Origin: the human T2T-CHM13v2.0 reference genome, Homo sapiens
NCBI RefSeq assembly: GCF_009914755.1
Contig: NC_060934.1
DNA: 64,000 nt
Direction: 5' to 3' (one strand)
The position numbers and the translations under genes were made by a program. Positions 47,306 to 62,089 of this stretch are shown piece by piece (the first letter of the stretch is position 1; each line of letters starts with the position of its first letter). Below the pieces are notes generated by a model. It worked only from the letters and a program-made list of their open reading frames with translations, ran no database searches and had not been told where the DNA came from.

Positions 47306-47846
47306 TATTCTTTCTTTATTCGCAAGTAGAATAGTAGAAGTGGCGGCCTTACTATCAGTATTTTTTCCTCCCTCTCTTTTATTCAATAGCAGCAAACAAG
47401 AGATGCATTTGGTCCAGATTTGGCAAATACCTTACCTGCATTAATGTGCCATTAAGAGTAAAATTACTCTTTGTAAAGTGTCTTACAAGTTTGATAAGAA
47501 GCAGTCATGTGATTTCATCGAGACAATATTTGAAGATTTTTGTGCCTTGTTCTTCAAATAATTTCCCATTGGAAAAGTGGAGAGATTTATTGAGTTTTTC
47601 AGGCAATCCTATTTCTATGTCGGAATCAGAAAATCTAGGCCTTGACCTGCCTCTGCCCTTTTCTGAGAATCAATGTTGAATAAAGACGGTTTATTAACTT
47701 ATTCCCAGCTCAGACAGATATAAGGGTGATATTAAAGAAAAAAATGAAGGCCATGTAACAGAAGAGACAAGAAAAATCTACCAAAAGTCATTGTTGTTTC
47801 ATGGAGCCATAAAAAAGTTGTGAAATTTGTGTAAACACAGATTGGA

Positions 47847-48206
47847 TACAATGTAATTAAATAGAGGCTAATAGACCCCTACTCAAACTGAGTACAATGT
47901 AATTCATCAGAGGCTAACAGACTCCTACTCAAACTGAGTACAATGTAGTTAAATAGAGGCCGATAGACTCCTACTCAAACTGAGTACAATGTAGTTAAAT
48001 AGAGGCCGATAGACTCCTACTCAAACTGAGTACAATGTAATTAAATAGAGGCTGATAGACCCCTACTCAAACTGAGTACAACCTAATTCAACAGAGGCTA
48101 ACAGACCCCTACTCAAACTGAATACAATATATTTTAATAGAGGCTAATGCACCCCTACTCAAACTGAGTACAATGTATTAAATAGAGGCTAACAGACCCC
48201 TACTCA
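47847..48206. repeat. AT-rich 46-bp minisatellite, ~8 copies
   Basis: Unit ctactcaaactgagtacaatgta(a/g)ttaaatagaggc(t/c)(a/g)atagac(c/t)c. Confidence 0.92.
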
Positions 48207-48339
48207 CACCTTGTGCGAAACTGATATTCAAAGACCTTTCTCCAGCTGGGACGTGAGTGCTAACAGACTTTGTATAGCTTATTTTACCCATTATTAAAGT
48301 GAGGGTTATCTATAAACTTTTAACCACATTTTTTTTTCT

Positions 48340-48641
48340 GGCCAGGTGCAGTGGCTCATGCCTATAATCCCAGCACTTTGGAAGGCTGAGGCAGGAAGAC
48401 AGCTCAAGGCCAGGAGTTTGCGACCAGCCTGGGCAACATGGTGAGACTCCATCTCTACAAAAAATACAGATTAGCTGGGCGTGGTAGCACGTGCCTGTGG
48501 TCTCAGATTCTTGAAGGGCTGAGACGGGAGGATCACTTGAGCCCAGGAGTTTGAGGTTGCAGTGAGCTGAGATTGTGTCACTGCACTTCAGCTTGGGCAA
48601 CAGAGTGAGACCTTATCTTAAAAAAAAAAAAAAAAAAAAAA
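48340..48641 (+). mobile_element. AluJ-type
   Basis: J-type text (ggaggatcacttgagcccaggagtttgagg); long A tail. Confidence 0.9.
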
Positions 48642-48679
48642 GAAAGAAAGAAAAGGAAAGGAAAGGAGGGGAAGAAAAA

Positions 48680-49322
48680 GAAAAAATAACAGATGTTGGT
48701 GAGGTTGCAGAGAGAAGGGAACACTTATATATACGATGTTGGTGGGAATGTAAGTTAATTCAGCCACTGTGGAAAGCAGCTTGGAGATTTCTCAAAGAAC
48801 TTATAACAGAGCTGCCATTCCAACCAGGAGTCCCAGTACTGGGTATGTATCCAAAAGAAAACAAATCTCTCTACCAAAAAGACACCTGCACTCGCATGTT
48901 AGCGAAGACATGGACTCAACCTAGATACCCATTAGTGGTGGGCGGGATACAGAAAATGGGGTCCATACACACCGTGGAATACTACGCAGCCACGAAAAAA
49001 CAAGATCATGTCTTTTATGGGAACATGGATGGAGCTGGAGGTTATCATCCTTAGCAAACGAGCACAGGAACAGAAAAGCAAATACCGCACGTTCTCATGT
49101 TCACGTGGGAGCTAACCACTGAGCACACATGGACACGAAGATGAGAACCACAGACACTGGAGACACCAGGGGGATAGGGAGCAGGGCAAGGGCTGAAAGC
49201 TCACTCTCGGGTACTGTGCACAGTGCCTGGGCGACAGGGTCATTCATAACCCACACCCCAGCAACACGCAATTTACCTGCGGCAACAAACATGCACGTGT
49301 ATGCCCAGACCTAAAAGTTGAA
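48680..49322 (+). mobile_element. L1 3' end (L1PA15/16-like)
   Basis: ORF2 C-terminal remnant (WWECKLIQPLWK..WRFLKEL) and L1 3' UTR. Confidence 0.85.
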
Positions 49323-50097
49323 AGGAAAACGTTGAAAAATATAGAAATTGGAAATAAATATTATGGAGGATTTATTTATTTGATGGAGATGAACATTTCA
49401 AAACGTGGTCTGCTCAAATTTTTAGGATAAATGAAAAGCAAAAAGCTTCCCTCATTGTCTGAAGTCAGCTGTTTATCTCCATTGGCACACACATTTTAGG
49501 TAATGAATTTGTTAAATAATGATATATGTACATTTAAAACTTGGAGCAATACCAGAAAGTCTCGTTTTTAAAAAACCAATATCATCCCAAATTCCACTGA
49601 TCAGAAATAAACACTGTCAACATGTGGTGAATGTTATTCAAGATGTCTCTAGAAAGGAAAATCTCTTCTCTGCTATCTCTGAATACGTGTTCTGCTCCTT
49701 CTCTGAAGTCGCTATCCAGGGCGCATTGTCCTCGCATGGGTCACACACACCTTCTCCTTCTCCACCTTTGAGCCACCGCTCTCGGCTCCTGGGCGTTTCC
49801 CGCTGTCTCTTTCATCATCTCAAGTTCCCCTTTAACTTGACTTTCCAGTCATGTTTATTCTTCCCTTGTTTGTAATTAAATTAAATTAACCGGGAAGGTT
49901 TTGTTTTGTTGATGCTATTGTTTCCTTAGCTCTCCACGGCTTCCTGTTGTTTTGCCATCTCATCTTTGAACTGCTGTTTTATTTCATTCATATAATAATA
50001 TTTTCCACAGCAAGTGGGAAGCCCTGAAGGGAATTTACTTCTGTTCCTTTTGCAATGTTTCTTCTAGCCTGGGTTCTTCATGTTTTGCTAACCCGGT

Positions 50098-50592
50098 TCT
50101 TTTCCCTCCCTCCTCCCTTCCTCTCTCCCTCCTTCCCACCTGTCATCTTTCCTCCCTTCCTCTCTCCCTCCTTTCTTCCTTCGTTCTTCCTTCTCCTTCT
50201 CTCCCTACCCACTCCCTCCCTCCTCCTGTCTCGCTCCTCCTCTTCCTCCCTCGTGCTCGTGGGCAGTCGGCAGCTTGGTTTGCTCTGATGTCCTGCGGCT
50301 GAATTTTCTCCCAATCCCATCTGAGACCAGTTTTTCTTCCACGAGGAGGGAGACTGGGAGTTGTTTTTATATCCCAAAGGTACTGTGTGTGTCTGAGGGT
50401 GAGTGCATGTGAATGTGTGTGTTCGAGTGTGAGTGTGCATGTTTTGTGTGTTTGTGTGTGTGTACATGTGTGTTTGTGAGAGTTTGTGGGTGTGTGTGAA
50501 AGACGTCATGTCATACACTCATGTCTAAGTGTGTGAGTTCAGTGTGAGCGTAAGTGTGTATGTACATGTGTTTCTGAGTGTGTCTGAGTGTA
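50098..50592. repeat. CT-rich low-complexity tract (50098-50250) and TG-rich tract (50384-50592)
   Basis: Polypyrimidine run; degenerate (TG)n. Confidence 0.8.
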
Positions 50593-50619
50593 CAGCGAGG
50601 TGGGACAGGGAGGGGTGTA

Positions 50620-52263
50620 AGAACTCAATTCCATTTATAATAGCCACAAAAACAATACAGTACCTAGGAATACGTTTAATCAAAGAGATGAAAGATCTCT
50701 ACAAGAAGAGCTACAAAACACGATGAAAGAAATTGTAGATGACACAAAAAACATGGAAAAGCATCGCATGCTCATGAATTGGAAGAATCAGTATCATCGA
50801 AATGACCATACTGCCTGGAGCAATCTACAGATTCAATGCAATCCCTATCAAAGTACCAATGTCATTTCTCACAGAATTAGAAAAAACAATCCTAAAGTTC
50901 ATATGGAACCAAAAAAGAGCCTGAATGGCCAAAGCATTCCTCCTGAGCAAAAAGAACCAATCCAGATGCATCACGTTGCCTGACTTTAAATTATACTACA
51001 AGTCTATAGTAACAACAGCGTGGTACTGGTACAAAAATAGACACATAGATCAATGGCATAGAATAGAGAACCCAGAATAAAGCCACATACCTGCAACTGA
51101 TCTTCAACAAAGTTGACAAAAATAAACAATGAGAAACAGACATCCTATTCAATAAGTGCTGCTGGGAAAACTGGCTGTCAATATCCAGAAGAATAAAACT
51201 GGACTCCTATCTCTTATCATGTACAAAAATTATCTCCAGATGGATGAAAGACTGAAACGTGCAGGAAAAGAAATCATCAACCGAGTGAACAGACAAGAAA
51301 TGGAATGGTAGAAAATATTTACAAATTATGCCTCCAACAAAGGACTAATATCAGAAATGACAAGGAACTCAAACAACAAGAAGAAAAAACAAACCCCATT
51401 ACAAACTGGGCAAAGGGCACGAACAGACATTTCTCAAAAGAATAAATACACATGGCCAACAACCACATGAAAAAACGCTCAATATCACAAATCATCAGAA
51501 AAATGCAAATTAAAACCACATCGAGATATCATCTTGCACCAGTCAGAATGACTATTAAAATGTCAAAAAAAAAAAAAAACACCAGATGTTGGCATGGATG
51601 TGGAGAAAAGGGAATGCTTATGCCCTTTGCTGGGAATGTAAATTAGTTCAACCTCTACGGAAAACAGTATGGAGATTTCTCAAAGACCTAAAAATAGAGC
51701 TACCATCCTACCCAGCAATCCCACTTCTGGGCATCTACCCAAAGGAAAAGAAATCATTATACAAAAAAGACACCCATACTTGTATGTTTATCAAAGCACC
51801 ACTCACAGTAGCAAACTCATGGAACCAACCTAAGCGTCCATTAATGGTTGACTGGATACAGGAAACGTGGCACATCCAAACTATGGAATATTATGCAGCC
51901 ATACAAAAGAATGAAACCACATCCTTTGCAGCAACGTGGTTGGAGCTGGAGACCATTATCTTAAATGAACTGACTCGGAAACAGAAAAGCAAATACTGCA
52001 TGTTCTCACTTATGAGTGGGAGCTAAATGGTGGGTACACATGGACATAAAGAAGGAAACAACAGACACTGAGGACTTGAGAAGGGGGAGGGAGGAATGGG
52101 GGCGAGGGATGAAAAACTACCTGTCAGGTGCAGCGCTCACCGTTTGGGTAATGGGCACTCTAGAAGCTCAATCCCCTCAGTGCGCAATACACCCATGGGA
52201 CAAACATGCACGTGTATCCCTTGAACCTAAAATAAAACCAAGTTTAAAAAAAAAAAAAAAAAG
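50620..52263 (+). mobile_element. L1 3' portion (L1PB-like), with poly(A) and an apparent internal deletion near 51260
   Basis: ORF2 remnants (YLGIRLIKEMKDLY; [16 protein letters not shown]; [18 protein letters not shown]), 3' UTR, aataaa and A-tail. Confidence 0.9.
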
Positions 52264-52344
52264 AGGAAAAGGAGAAAAATGGAAGCACAGCAATTTCCCT
52301 GAAGTTGAAGTTGAAAACTAGCACCCAGACCCAGGATACCAGCA

Positions 52345-55170
52345 CCCAGACCCGGACAGAGTGAGGCTCCAGACCCGGGACAGAGTGAGGCTCCAGACCC
52401 GGATAGAGGGAGGCTCCAGACCCGGGTAGAGAGGCTCCAGACCCGGATAGAGTGAGGCTCCAGACCCGGATAGAGTGAGGCTCCAGACCCGGATAGAGGG
52501 AGGCTCCAGACCCGGATAGAGGGAGGCTCCAGACCCGGACAGAGGGAGGCTCCAGACCCAGGTAGAGTGCGGCTCCAGACCCGGATAGAGTGAGGCTCCA
52601 GACCCGGACAGAGGGAGGCTCCAGACCCGGACAGAGTGAGGCTCCAGACCCGGATAGAGTGAGGCTCCAGACCCGGATAGAGGGAGGCTCCAGACCCGGG
52701 ACAGAGTGAGGCTCCAGACCCGGGACAGAGTGAGGCTCCAGACCCGGGACAGAGTGAGGCTCCAGACCCGGATAGAGTGAGGCTCCAGACCCGGATAGAG
52801 TGAGGCTCCAGACCCGGACAGAGTGAGGCTCCAGACCCGGGACAGAGTGAGGCTCCAGACCCGGGACAGAGTGAGGCTCCAGACCCGGACAGAGTGAGGC
52901 TCCAGACCCAGGACAGAGTGAGGCTCCAGACCCGGACAGAGTGAGGCTCCAGACCCGGGACAGAGTGAGGCTCCAGACCCGGGACAGAGTGAGGCTCCAG
53001 ACCCAGACAGAGTGAGGCTCCAGACCCGGATAGAGTGAGGCTCCAGACCCGGGACAGAGTGAGGCTCCAGACCCGGATAGAGTGAGGCTCCAGACCCAGG
53101 TAGAGTGAGGCTCCAGACCCGGGACAGAGTGAGGCTCCAGACCCGGACAGAGTGAGGCTCCAGACCCGGGACAGAGTGAGGCTCCAGACCCGGGACAGAG
53201 TGAGGCTCCAGACCCGGATAAAGTGAGGCTTCAGACCCGGGACAGAGTGAGGCTTCAGACCCGGGACAGAGTGAGGCTCCAGACCCGGACAGAGTGAGGC
53301 TCCAGACCCGGGACAGAGTGAGGCTCCAGACCCGGGACAGAGTGAGGCTCCAGACCCGGACAGAGGGAGGCTCCAGACCCGGATAGAGTGAGGCTCCAGA
53401 CCCGGATAGAGTGAGGCTCCAGACCCGGGACAGAGTGAGGCTCCAGACCCGGGACAGAGTGAGGCTCCAGACCCGAATAGAGTGAGGCTCCAGACCCAGG
53501 TAGAGTGAGGCTTCAGACCCAGGTAGAGTGAGGCTCCAGACCCGGATAGAGTGAGGCTCCAGACCCGGATAGAGTGAGGCTCCAGACCTGGATAGAGTAA
53601 GGCTTCAGACCCAGTTAGAGTGAGGCTCCAGACCCGGATAGAGGGAGGCTCCAGACCCGGGACAGAGTGAGGCTCCAGACCCGGATAGAGGGAGGCTCCA
53701 GACCCGGACAGAGGGAGGCTCCAGACCCGGATAGAGGGAGGCTCCAGACCCAGACAGAGGGAGGCTCCAGACCCGGGACAGAGTGAGGCTCCAGACCCGA
53801 ATAGAGTGAGGCTCCAGACCCGGATAGAGTGAGGCTCCAGACCCGGACAGAGTGAGGCTCCAGACCCGGATAGAGGGAGGCTCCAGACCCGGACAGAGTG
53901 AGGCTCCAGACCCGGGACAGAGTGAGGCTCCAGACCCGAATAGAGTAAGGCTCCAGACCCAGGTAGAGTGAGGCTTCAGACCCAGGTAGAGTGAGGCTCC
54001 AGACCCGGATAGAGGGAGGCTGCAGACCCGGATAGAGGGAGGCTCCAGACCCGGATAGAGTAAGGCTTCAGACCCAGGTAGAGTGAGGCTCCAGACCCGG
54101 ATAGAGGGAGGCTCCAGACCCGGGACAGAGTGAGGCTCCAGACCCGGATAGAGGGAGGCTCCAGACCCGGACAGAGGGAGGCTCCAGACCCGGACAGAGT
54201 GAGGCTCCAGACCCGGGACAGAGTGAGGCTCCAGACCCGAATAGAGTAAGGCTCCAGACCCGGATAGAGTGAGGCTCCAGACCCGGATAGAGTGAGGCTC
54301 CAGACCCGGACAGAGTGAGGCTCCAGACCCGGATAGAGGGAGGCTCCAGACCCGGATAGAAGGAGGCTCCAGACCCGGGACAGAGTGAGGCTCCAGACCC
54401 GGGACAGAGTGAGGCTCCAGACCCGGGACAGAGTGAGGCTCCAGACCCGGGACAGAGTGAGGCTCCAGACCCGGATAGAGGGAGGCTCCAGACCCGGACA
54501 GAGGGAGGCTCCAGACCCGGACAGAGTGAGGCTCCAGACCCGGGACAGAGTGAGGCTCCAGACCCGAATAGAGTAAGGCTCCAGACCCGGATAGAGTGAG
54601 GCTCCAGACCCGGATAGAGTGAGGCTCCAGACCCGGACAGAGTGAGGCTCCAGACCCGGATAGAGGGAGGCTCCAGACCCGGATAGAAGGAGGCTCCAGA
54701 CCCGGGACAGAGTGAGGCTCCAGACCCGGGACAGAGTGAGGCTCCAGACCCGGGACAGAGTGAGGCTCCAGACCCGGGACAGAGTGACGCTCCAGACCCG
54801 GGACAGAGGGAGGCTCCAGACCCGGATAGAGTGAGGCTCCAGACCCGGGATAGAGTGAGGCTCCAGACCCGGGACAGAGTGAGGCTCCAGACCCGGGACA
54901 GAGTGAGGCTCCAGACCCGGACAGAGTGAGGCTCCAGACCTGGATAGAGTGAGGCTCCCAGACCCGGATAGAGTGAGGCTCCAGACCCAGATAGAGTGCG
55001 GCTCCAGACCCGGATAGAGTGAGGCTCCAGACCCGGGACAGAGTGAGGCTCCAGACCTGGATAGAGTGAGGCTCCCAGACCCGGATAGAGTGAGGCTCCA
55101 GACCCAGATAGAGTGCGGCTCCAGACCCGGATAGAGTGAGTCTCCAGACCCGGGACAGAGTGAGGCTGCA
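52345..55170. repeat. Large 23/24-bp VNTR, roughly 120 copies
   Basis: Units ccagacccggatagagtgaggct (23) and ccagacccgggacagagtgaggct (24) with interspersed variants. Confidence 0.97.
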
Positions 55171-55732
55171 GATCTAGCATCACTAAGCCACTTTATCTTG
55201 AATATCCAAAGATCAACACAAGGAAACCATTGGGGGGTGTGTGAGGGAAAGTCTAATGAATCCATCCAAAATAGGATGTGAATTTTACTTCCAGACTCTA
55301 AGCATGATGTGTGTAAACTGTGTGTCTTAAGGGAATAACTTTCAATTAAATAAACTTTCAACTAAAAGCACCTGTAACACATCCAGGTTTTAATTTTGCC
55401 ACTAAGGACGCATTGCATTACAGCCTGGGTCACCTGATCCATAAACCACAACTCGTCTTTGGGTCCTTTGAGGCACATGTGATCCTCAGGGTTGTGTCCA
55501 TGTATCCAGCATCCCACATGCATCTGTTGTGTGCTGGGCACAATTCTAAGGTCTTAAAAAGGTGGATATGAGGAGGTGGTGTTCTGAGACTGAGGTCCCA
55601 CAAGTGTCTTGCTCAGGAAATAATTGTAAAAGATACCTAGCCTCAGACAGGAAGAAACACCTGTGATATGTTATAAAGTAAAGAAACAAAGTGGCAGAAT
55701 AATATATAACCTCATTTTTAAACAAAAAACAC

Positions 55733-56182
55733 TGTGTGTGTGCATGTATGTATGTGTCTGCATGTGTCTGTTTGTGTGTCTGTGCATGTATGTATGTTTG
55801 TATGTGTGTGCATGTGTGTGTGTCTGTGCATGTATGTGTCTCTGTTTGCGTGTGCATGTATGTCTGAGTGTGTTTGTACATGTGCATGTCTGTGTGTCTG
55901 CATGTATGGGTCTGTGAGTGCATGTATGTGTCTGCATTCATGTGTGTGTCTGTGCATGTGTCTGTGTGTCTGTGCATGTATGTATGTGTCTGTGTGTCTG
56001 TGCATATATGTATGTGTCTGTGTGCGTGTCTGTGTGTGTCCATGCATGTATGTGTCTGTGTCTGTGCATGTATGTGTCTGTGTGTCTGGGCGTGTGTGTA
56101 TGTGTCTGTGTGTGTGTCTGTGTTTGTGTGTCTGTGCATGTATGTGTCTGTGTGTGTTGTGTGTGCATGTGCACATGAGCAC
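55733..56182. repeat. TG-rich compound microsatellite
   Basis: (TG)n with tgcatg, tgta and tctg interruptions. Confidence 0.9.
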
Positions 56183-56344
56183 ATGGGAGAAGTCTAACGG
56201 GGTTAACTTCTAACTGATCGCATGTGTCAGTGTCACATGGTGGAAGGACGGGAGAACTGGAGCATCTCACTTGTCACTTTACACTTTTTATATTTTTTGA
56301 ATTTATTTTATGCTGAGGATTTATTACTTATTTCCATTAGTTGT

Positions 56345-57175
<831 letters not shown>

Positions 57176-57434
57176 TTTCCCAGCCTGCTTTAAGCAAAAT
57201 CCCCAGCTGTCACCATACTTGATGCTGAGACTGAATTCTTTCTCCCTCAGCTCAAATACGACTTGCTGTGCCCTCACAGGTCTCCCTCCTTAATTCAAAG
57301 TGAACTGTGAAAACAGCCAGAAATAATGATAAAAGGGTGACAGGTGGAAATAATAATCCATATGAGACTATATGGTAAATTTTACAGACATAAATTGACT
57401 CTGATTCTTTATTAGCAAAGAGAATAAAACTGAC

Positions 57435-57590
57435 TTTTTTTTGAGACAGGGTCTCGCTCTGCTGCCCAGGCTGGAGTGCAGTGGTGCGGATCATAGTTCG
57501 CTGCAACCTTGACCTCCTGGGCTCAAGAGATCCTCCCGCTTCAGCTTCCCGAGTAGCGGGGATTACAGGTGTGAGCCACCGCACCCAGCT
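57435..57590 (-). mobile_element. Monomeric Alu (FRAM-like or arm-arm recombinant)
   Basis: Right-arm sequence joins directly to Alu 5' end text (gggattacaggtgtgagccacc). Confidence 0.75.
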
Positions 57591-59191
57591 GAAAGAAAGT
57601 CTTTTACACAGAAACATAGCATTACCATAAGAACAAAAGGCAGAATACATACATAATGAGGACACCTAAAGACCTGCCACAAAGGCCCATGAGAAAATCC
57701 AAACAATTAACAAAGACTCATATTTCAATGACCCATTAATCACAACTATATAACATTAAACCTACCTATATATTAACATTAGAAACACATTTCAACTCAT
57801 CCGTACATCCCACACACTTTAATACAAATAGCAAAAGAAATCATTAACTGGGTCAAAAAAAAAACCTAACTATTGAACTCATGTACTATTATTTAAAGAG
57901 TACCTACAGAATTCTCACCTCAATATTTTCTTGCAAAATAAGTTCTTTTTAAGTCTAAATAATATCCTATTGTATGCAGACGTGAGCCACAGTCTCAGGG
58001 GAGATTGCTGCAGACTTCCAGGTGGAAGGTGTTGATGGAGGCCATGTTGCCATCTACCCCACACTCCAAATCATGTGAATTAATGTGCAGTCCCTCCAAT
58101 GGTAGATGAGAACATTTACTTCACCACAGGCTTACCAACATTGGATACTAATTTTTTAAATGTTTGCTAATCTGATAGGTTTAAAAAATCATATTAATCA
58201 TTTCTTTCACTTTGATTTCCCAGCCTAATATTGAGGTATAACTTATTTCCATATGTATATTGGCTATTTGAATTTCTTCTGTGAATTACCTCTTCCGATA
58301 CTTTCCCTGTTTCTCTACCGGTTTCTTTCAAAAAATATTATTGCCTAGACCACTGTTACATACATCAAGGTGAAACGGAAGATTAAACAGTTTTGCAGGT
58401 AATTCAAGAAAAGAAAACCTTCATTTTGTACTTAATTATCCAGATGTTCCAAGTGCAAATTTTGATTTGAACTATCCATGTAATTACCTTAATTCCTTAG
58501 TTTGCCATTTCAGCCAAGAAAACTTAGATTATTTTCATTGTACTTTCACTGAATAATTTTAAAATAAAACTCTGTTCAACTTTGTTCTTACCACAACCAA
58601 AAATCTAGCACTGGAAATTAGTTCCACCTCATCTGTTTTCAGCAGCAGTCTCTGGCGAAGCCTTTCTTACTGCTTTTACCTAAAAACCTCTTCCAAAGCT
58701 TTGTTGTTAGGGTGTGCTCTTCTTGGCCATTTTAACTGAACTGGTCAAGTTGGAGAAGAAATAAATGAGACGACCCTACTGTGTGCTAAACACCCCCCAC
58801 CAGGCCACGCGTCCATCTTCAGGCGGCCATGGCGTGGTCTGGGGAGGCTTAGGGGGTCGGTCGTGGGGAGGAGCTTCCAGTGAAGAGTAAACAGCAAAAG
58901 ATGAGATATTCCAACAGGAAGGGAAATGAAAATAGAAGATTCAGTTGTTATTTACGGCGGCTACAATTTTCTCCATAAAATGAAAATGAAATCAAATGAA
59001 AAGAATTAAAATAGATTTTTAGCCAAGTGGCAGCATAAACAGAAGGATGAACCTTGAAGGCACGACAGCTCACCTGTAACCGGCAGTGCGTCTGCCTAGA
59101 AAATGAGGAAAGAGAGCGAGAACACACCACCCTTGACAGGATCTAAAAATATAAAACAGCTTTGAAATTGTAATTCAGGAGACGAATAGCA

Positions 59192-59479
<288 letters not shown>

Positions 59480-60444
59480 CTATCAGTCAATCAATCACTG
59501 AACTGGCAGTGAGTTTACCGTGTTTTCCTTCTCAAAAAAAAGAAAGAAAGAAAGAGAAAGAAAGACGTTTTCATGTCAAAGAAAACAATTTCTCACCAGT
59601 AAACTCTCACAACATGAAATGCTAAAAGAATTTCTTTCAGAATGAAAGGAGTTGAGATGAGATGAAAATGTGGATCCTTAGAAGTGAATGAAGAGCAGAA
59701 GAAATGGTAAATATCTGGGCAAATACAAAAGATGTTTTTTTCTTTATTGCCTTTAATTCTTTTATACTGCATGTGACTGTTTAAAGCAAATACTACAACA
59801 TTACCTTGTGGAGTTCATAATAGGTGTAAATAAAATACGTCTAACAACGATACCATAAAGAATGTGGGCGGGAGAAATACTGACCTATGTGACTGTGGAG
59901 TTTCCACATTTCATGTGACGTATTAAAACGGCAGCTGTGATTGGATGTGAGAGTGAAGGGTGTCGAATCCCGGTTCCTGTTCTAAAGGAACTCTCCTTCC
60001 TGTCTTTCCCACTAAATGCAGCAGCTATTAAACAACCTGAATATGACGTATGGAGCAGCGAATGGAAGTCTCTGAACAGTAAATAGTAACAGGCACATTG
60101 GGAAGAAGAACAGAATTTTAAATATCATGAACGGGCAGTGAGTTTACCATGTTTTCCTTCAGCGTCATCCAGCCTAGACTCAATACAGCCTAAAATCTAG
60201 ACTACAGGGTATGGATACAGACAGCCACAGATGCCCTCAAGTTTTGGGTTGAGTCATTAGAAAGGGGTCTCCTAACACTCAGAAATTTCCCATTACAAAT
60301 ATGTATATATGTATATATTCGCTCACGTCCTAATCCCTAAGTAATTCTGTGGTGGCAGCAGTGGCAACAACAGCCAGAAGGACCCACCCACAGGAGCTTA
60401 AACTGGTGGGCAGCCAGACCTTCCTCTCCACGTGGAGGAGCCAT

Positions 60445-60846
60445 GGCACTGGGCTGGGTGGTGGCACTGGGCTGGGTGGGGGCACTGGGCTGGGTGGTGG
60501 CACTGGGCTGGGTAGGGACACTGGGCTGGGTGGAGACACTGGGCTGGGTGGAGACACTGGGCTGGGTGGGGGCCCTGGGCTGGGTGGGGACAGTGGGCTG
60601 GGTGGGGGCCCTGGGCTGGGTAGGGACACTGGGCTGGGTGGGGGCACTGGGCTGGGTGGGGGCACTGGGCTGGGTGGAGGCACTGGGCTGGGTGGAGACA
60701 CTGGGCTGGGTGGGGGCACTGGGCTGGGTGGAGGCACTGGGCTGGGTGGGGACACTGGGCTGGGTGGGGGCACTGGGCTGGGTGGGGGCACTGGGCTGGG
60801 TGGGGACACTGGGCTGGGTGGAGGCACTGGGCTGGGTGGAGACACA
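60445..60846. repeat. 18-bp G-rich VNTR, ~22 copies
   Basis: Unit ggcactgggctgggtggg with variants. Confidence 0.95.
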
Positions 60847-60992
60847 CCTCAGTTTCCTTTCTTCTCTTCTCTGGTTGGCTGGCCCTGGATGCAGGAGCAG
60901 TGGCATGAGGTGGACAGCAGGACAAGGTGAAGAAAGTTCCAGTTTTCTGACTGGAGGATTGAAATGGGGAGCTCCAGCACATTTGAAAAGTG

Positions 60993-61097
60993 CCAGGACA
61001 TCATGGAGGAAAAGGAGCTCAGAACACCAGGACATTGTGGAGGAAAAGGAGCTCAGAACACCAGGACATCGTGGAGGAAAAGGAGCTCAGAACACCA
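60993..61097. repeat. 34-bp tandem repeat, 3 copies
   Basis: ccaggacat(c/t)(a/g)tggaggaaaaggagctcagaaca at 60993, 61027 and 61061. Confidence 0.9.
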
Positions 61098-61262
61098 AAT
61101 CCATGAAGCTGTTTATGAACGTCTGGGCTCACCTCTGAACTATGCATGCATAGATCTGACTTGAAACATATGTACAATTTTCATAAGACTTAAACAAGAC
61201 CTCAAATACTGTACCATAATATTCAAATTGTCCAACATACAATCCAAAATTACTTAATATAA

Positions 61263-61870
<608 letters not shown>

Positions 61871-62089
61871 TTAAATTAAATTAGAAAGCACACATGGAGC
61901 TTGAAAAAGGGAAAGATATTCCCACCCAAGGTGATGAGCCCAACACAGGCTGCGTGGGCTCGTTACCTCATGGTAAGGAAGTATTCCAGGCCCAATGCTC
62001 ATCTTTATGCAGCCTAAAGGGGGTCAAAGGACTTCATGCATGTGACTGCCTTTCCAAACACCAAATGGAAAAAATTTTAACAAAATACT

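Noticed and set aside
47847-48206. CRISPR-like look (palindromic repeat at regular spacing)
   Set aside because: The intervening sequences are copies of each other rather than unique spacers; the context is primate DNA with no cas genes.
53976-55361. 461-aa and 371-aa minus-strand ORFs
   Set aside because: They are translations of the 23/24-bp VNTR and cycle through frames with unit length.
60330-61138. Pro-rich, Gly-rich and mucin-like ORFs
   Set aside because: All-frame translations of the 18-bp VNTR.
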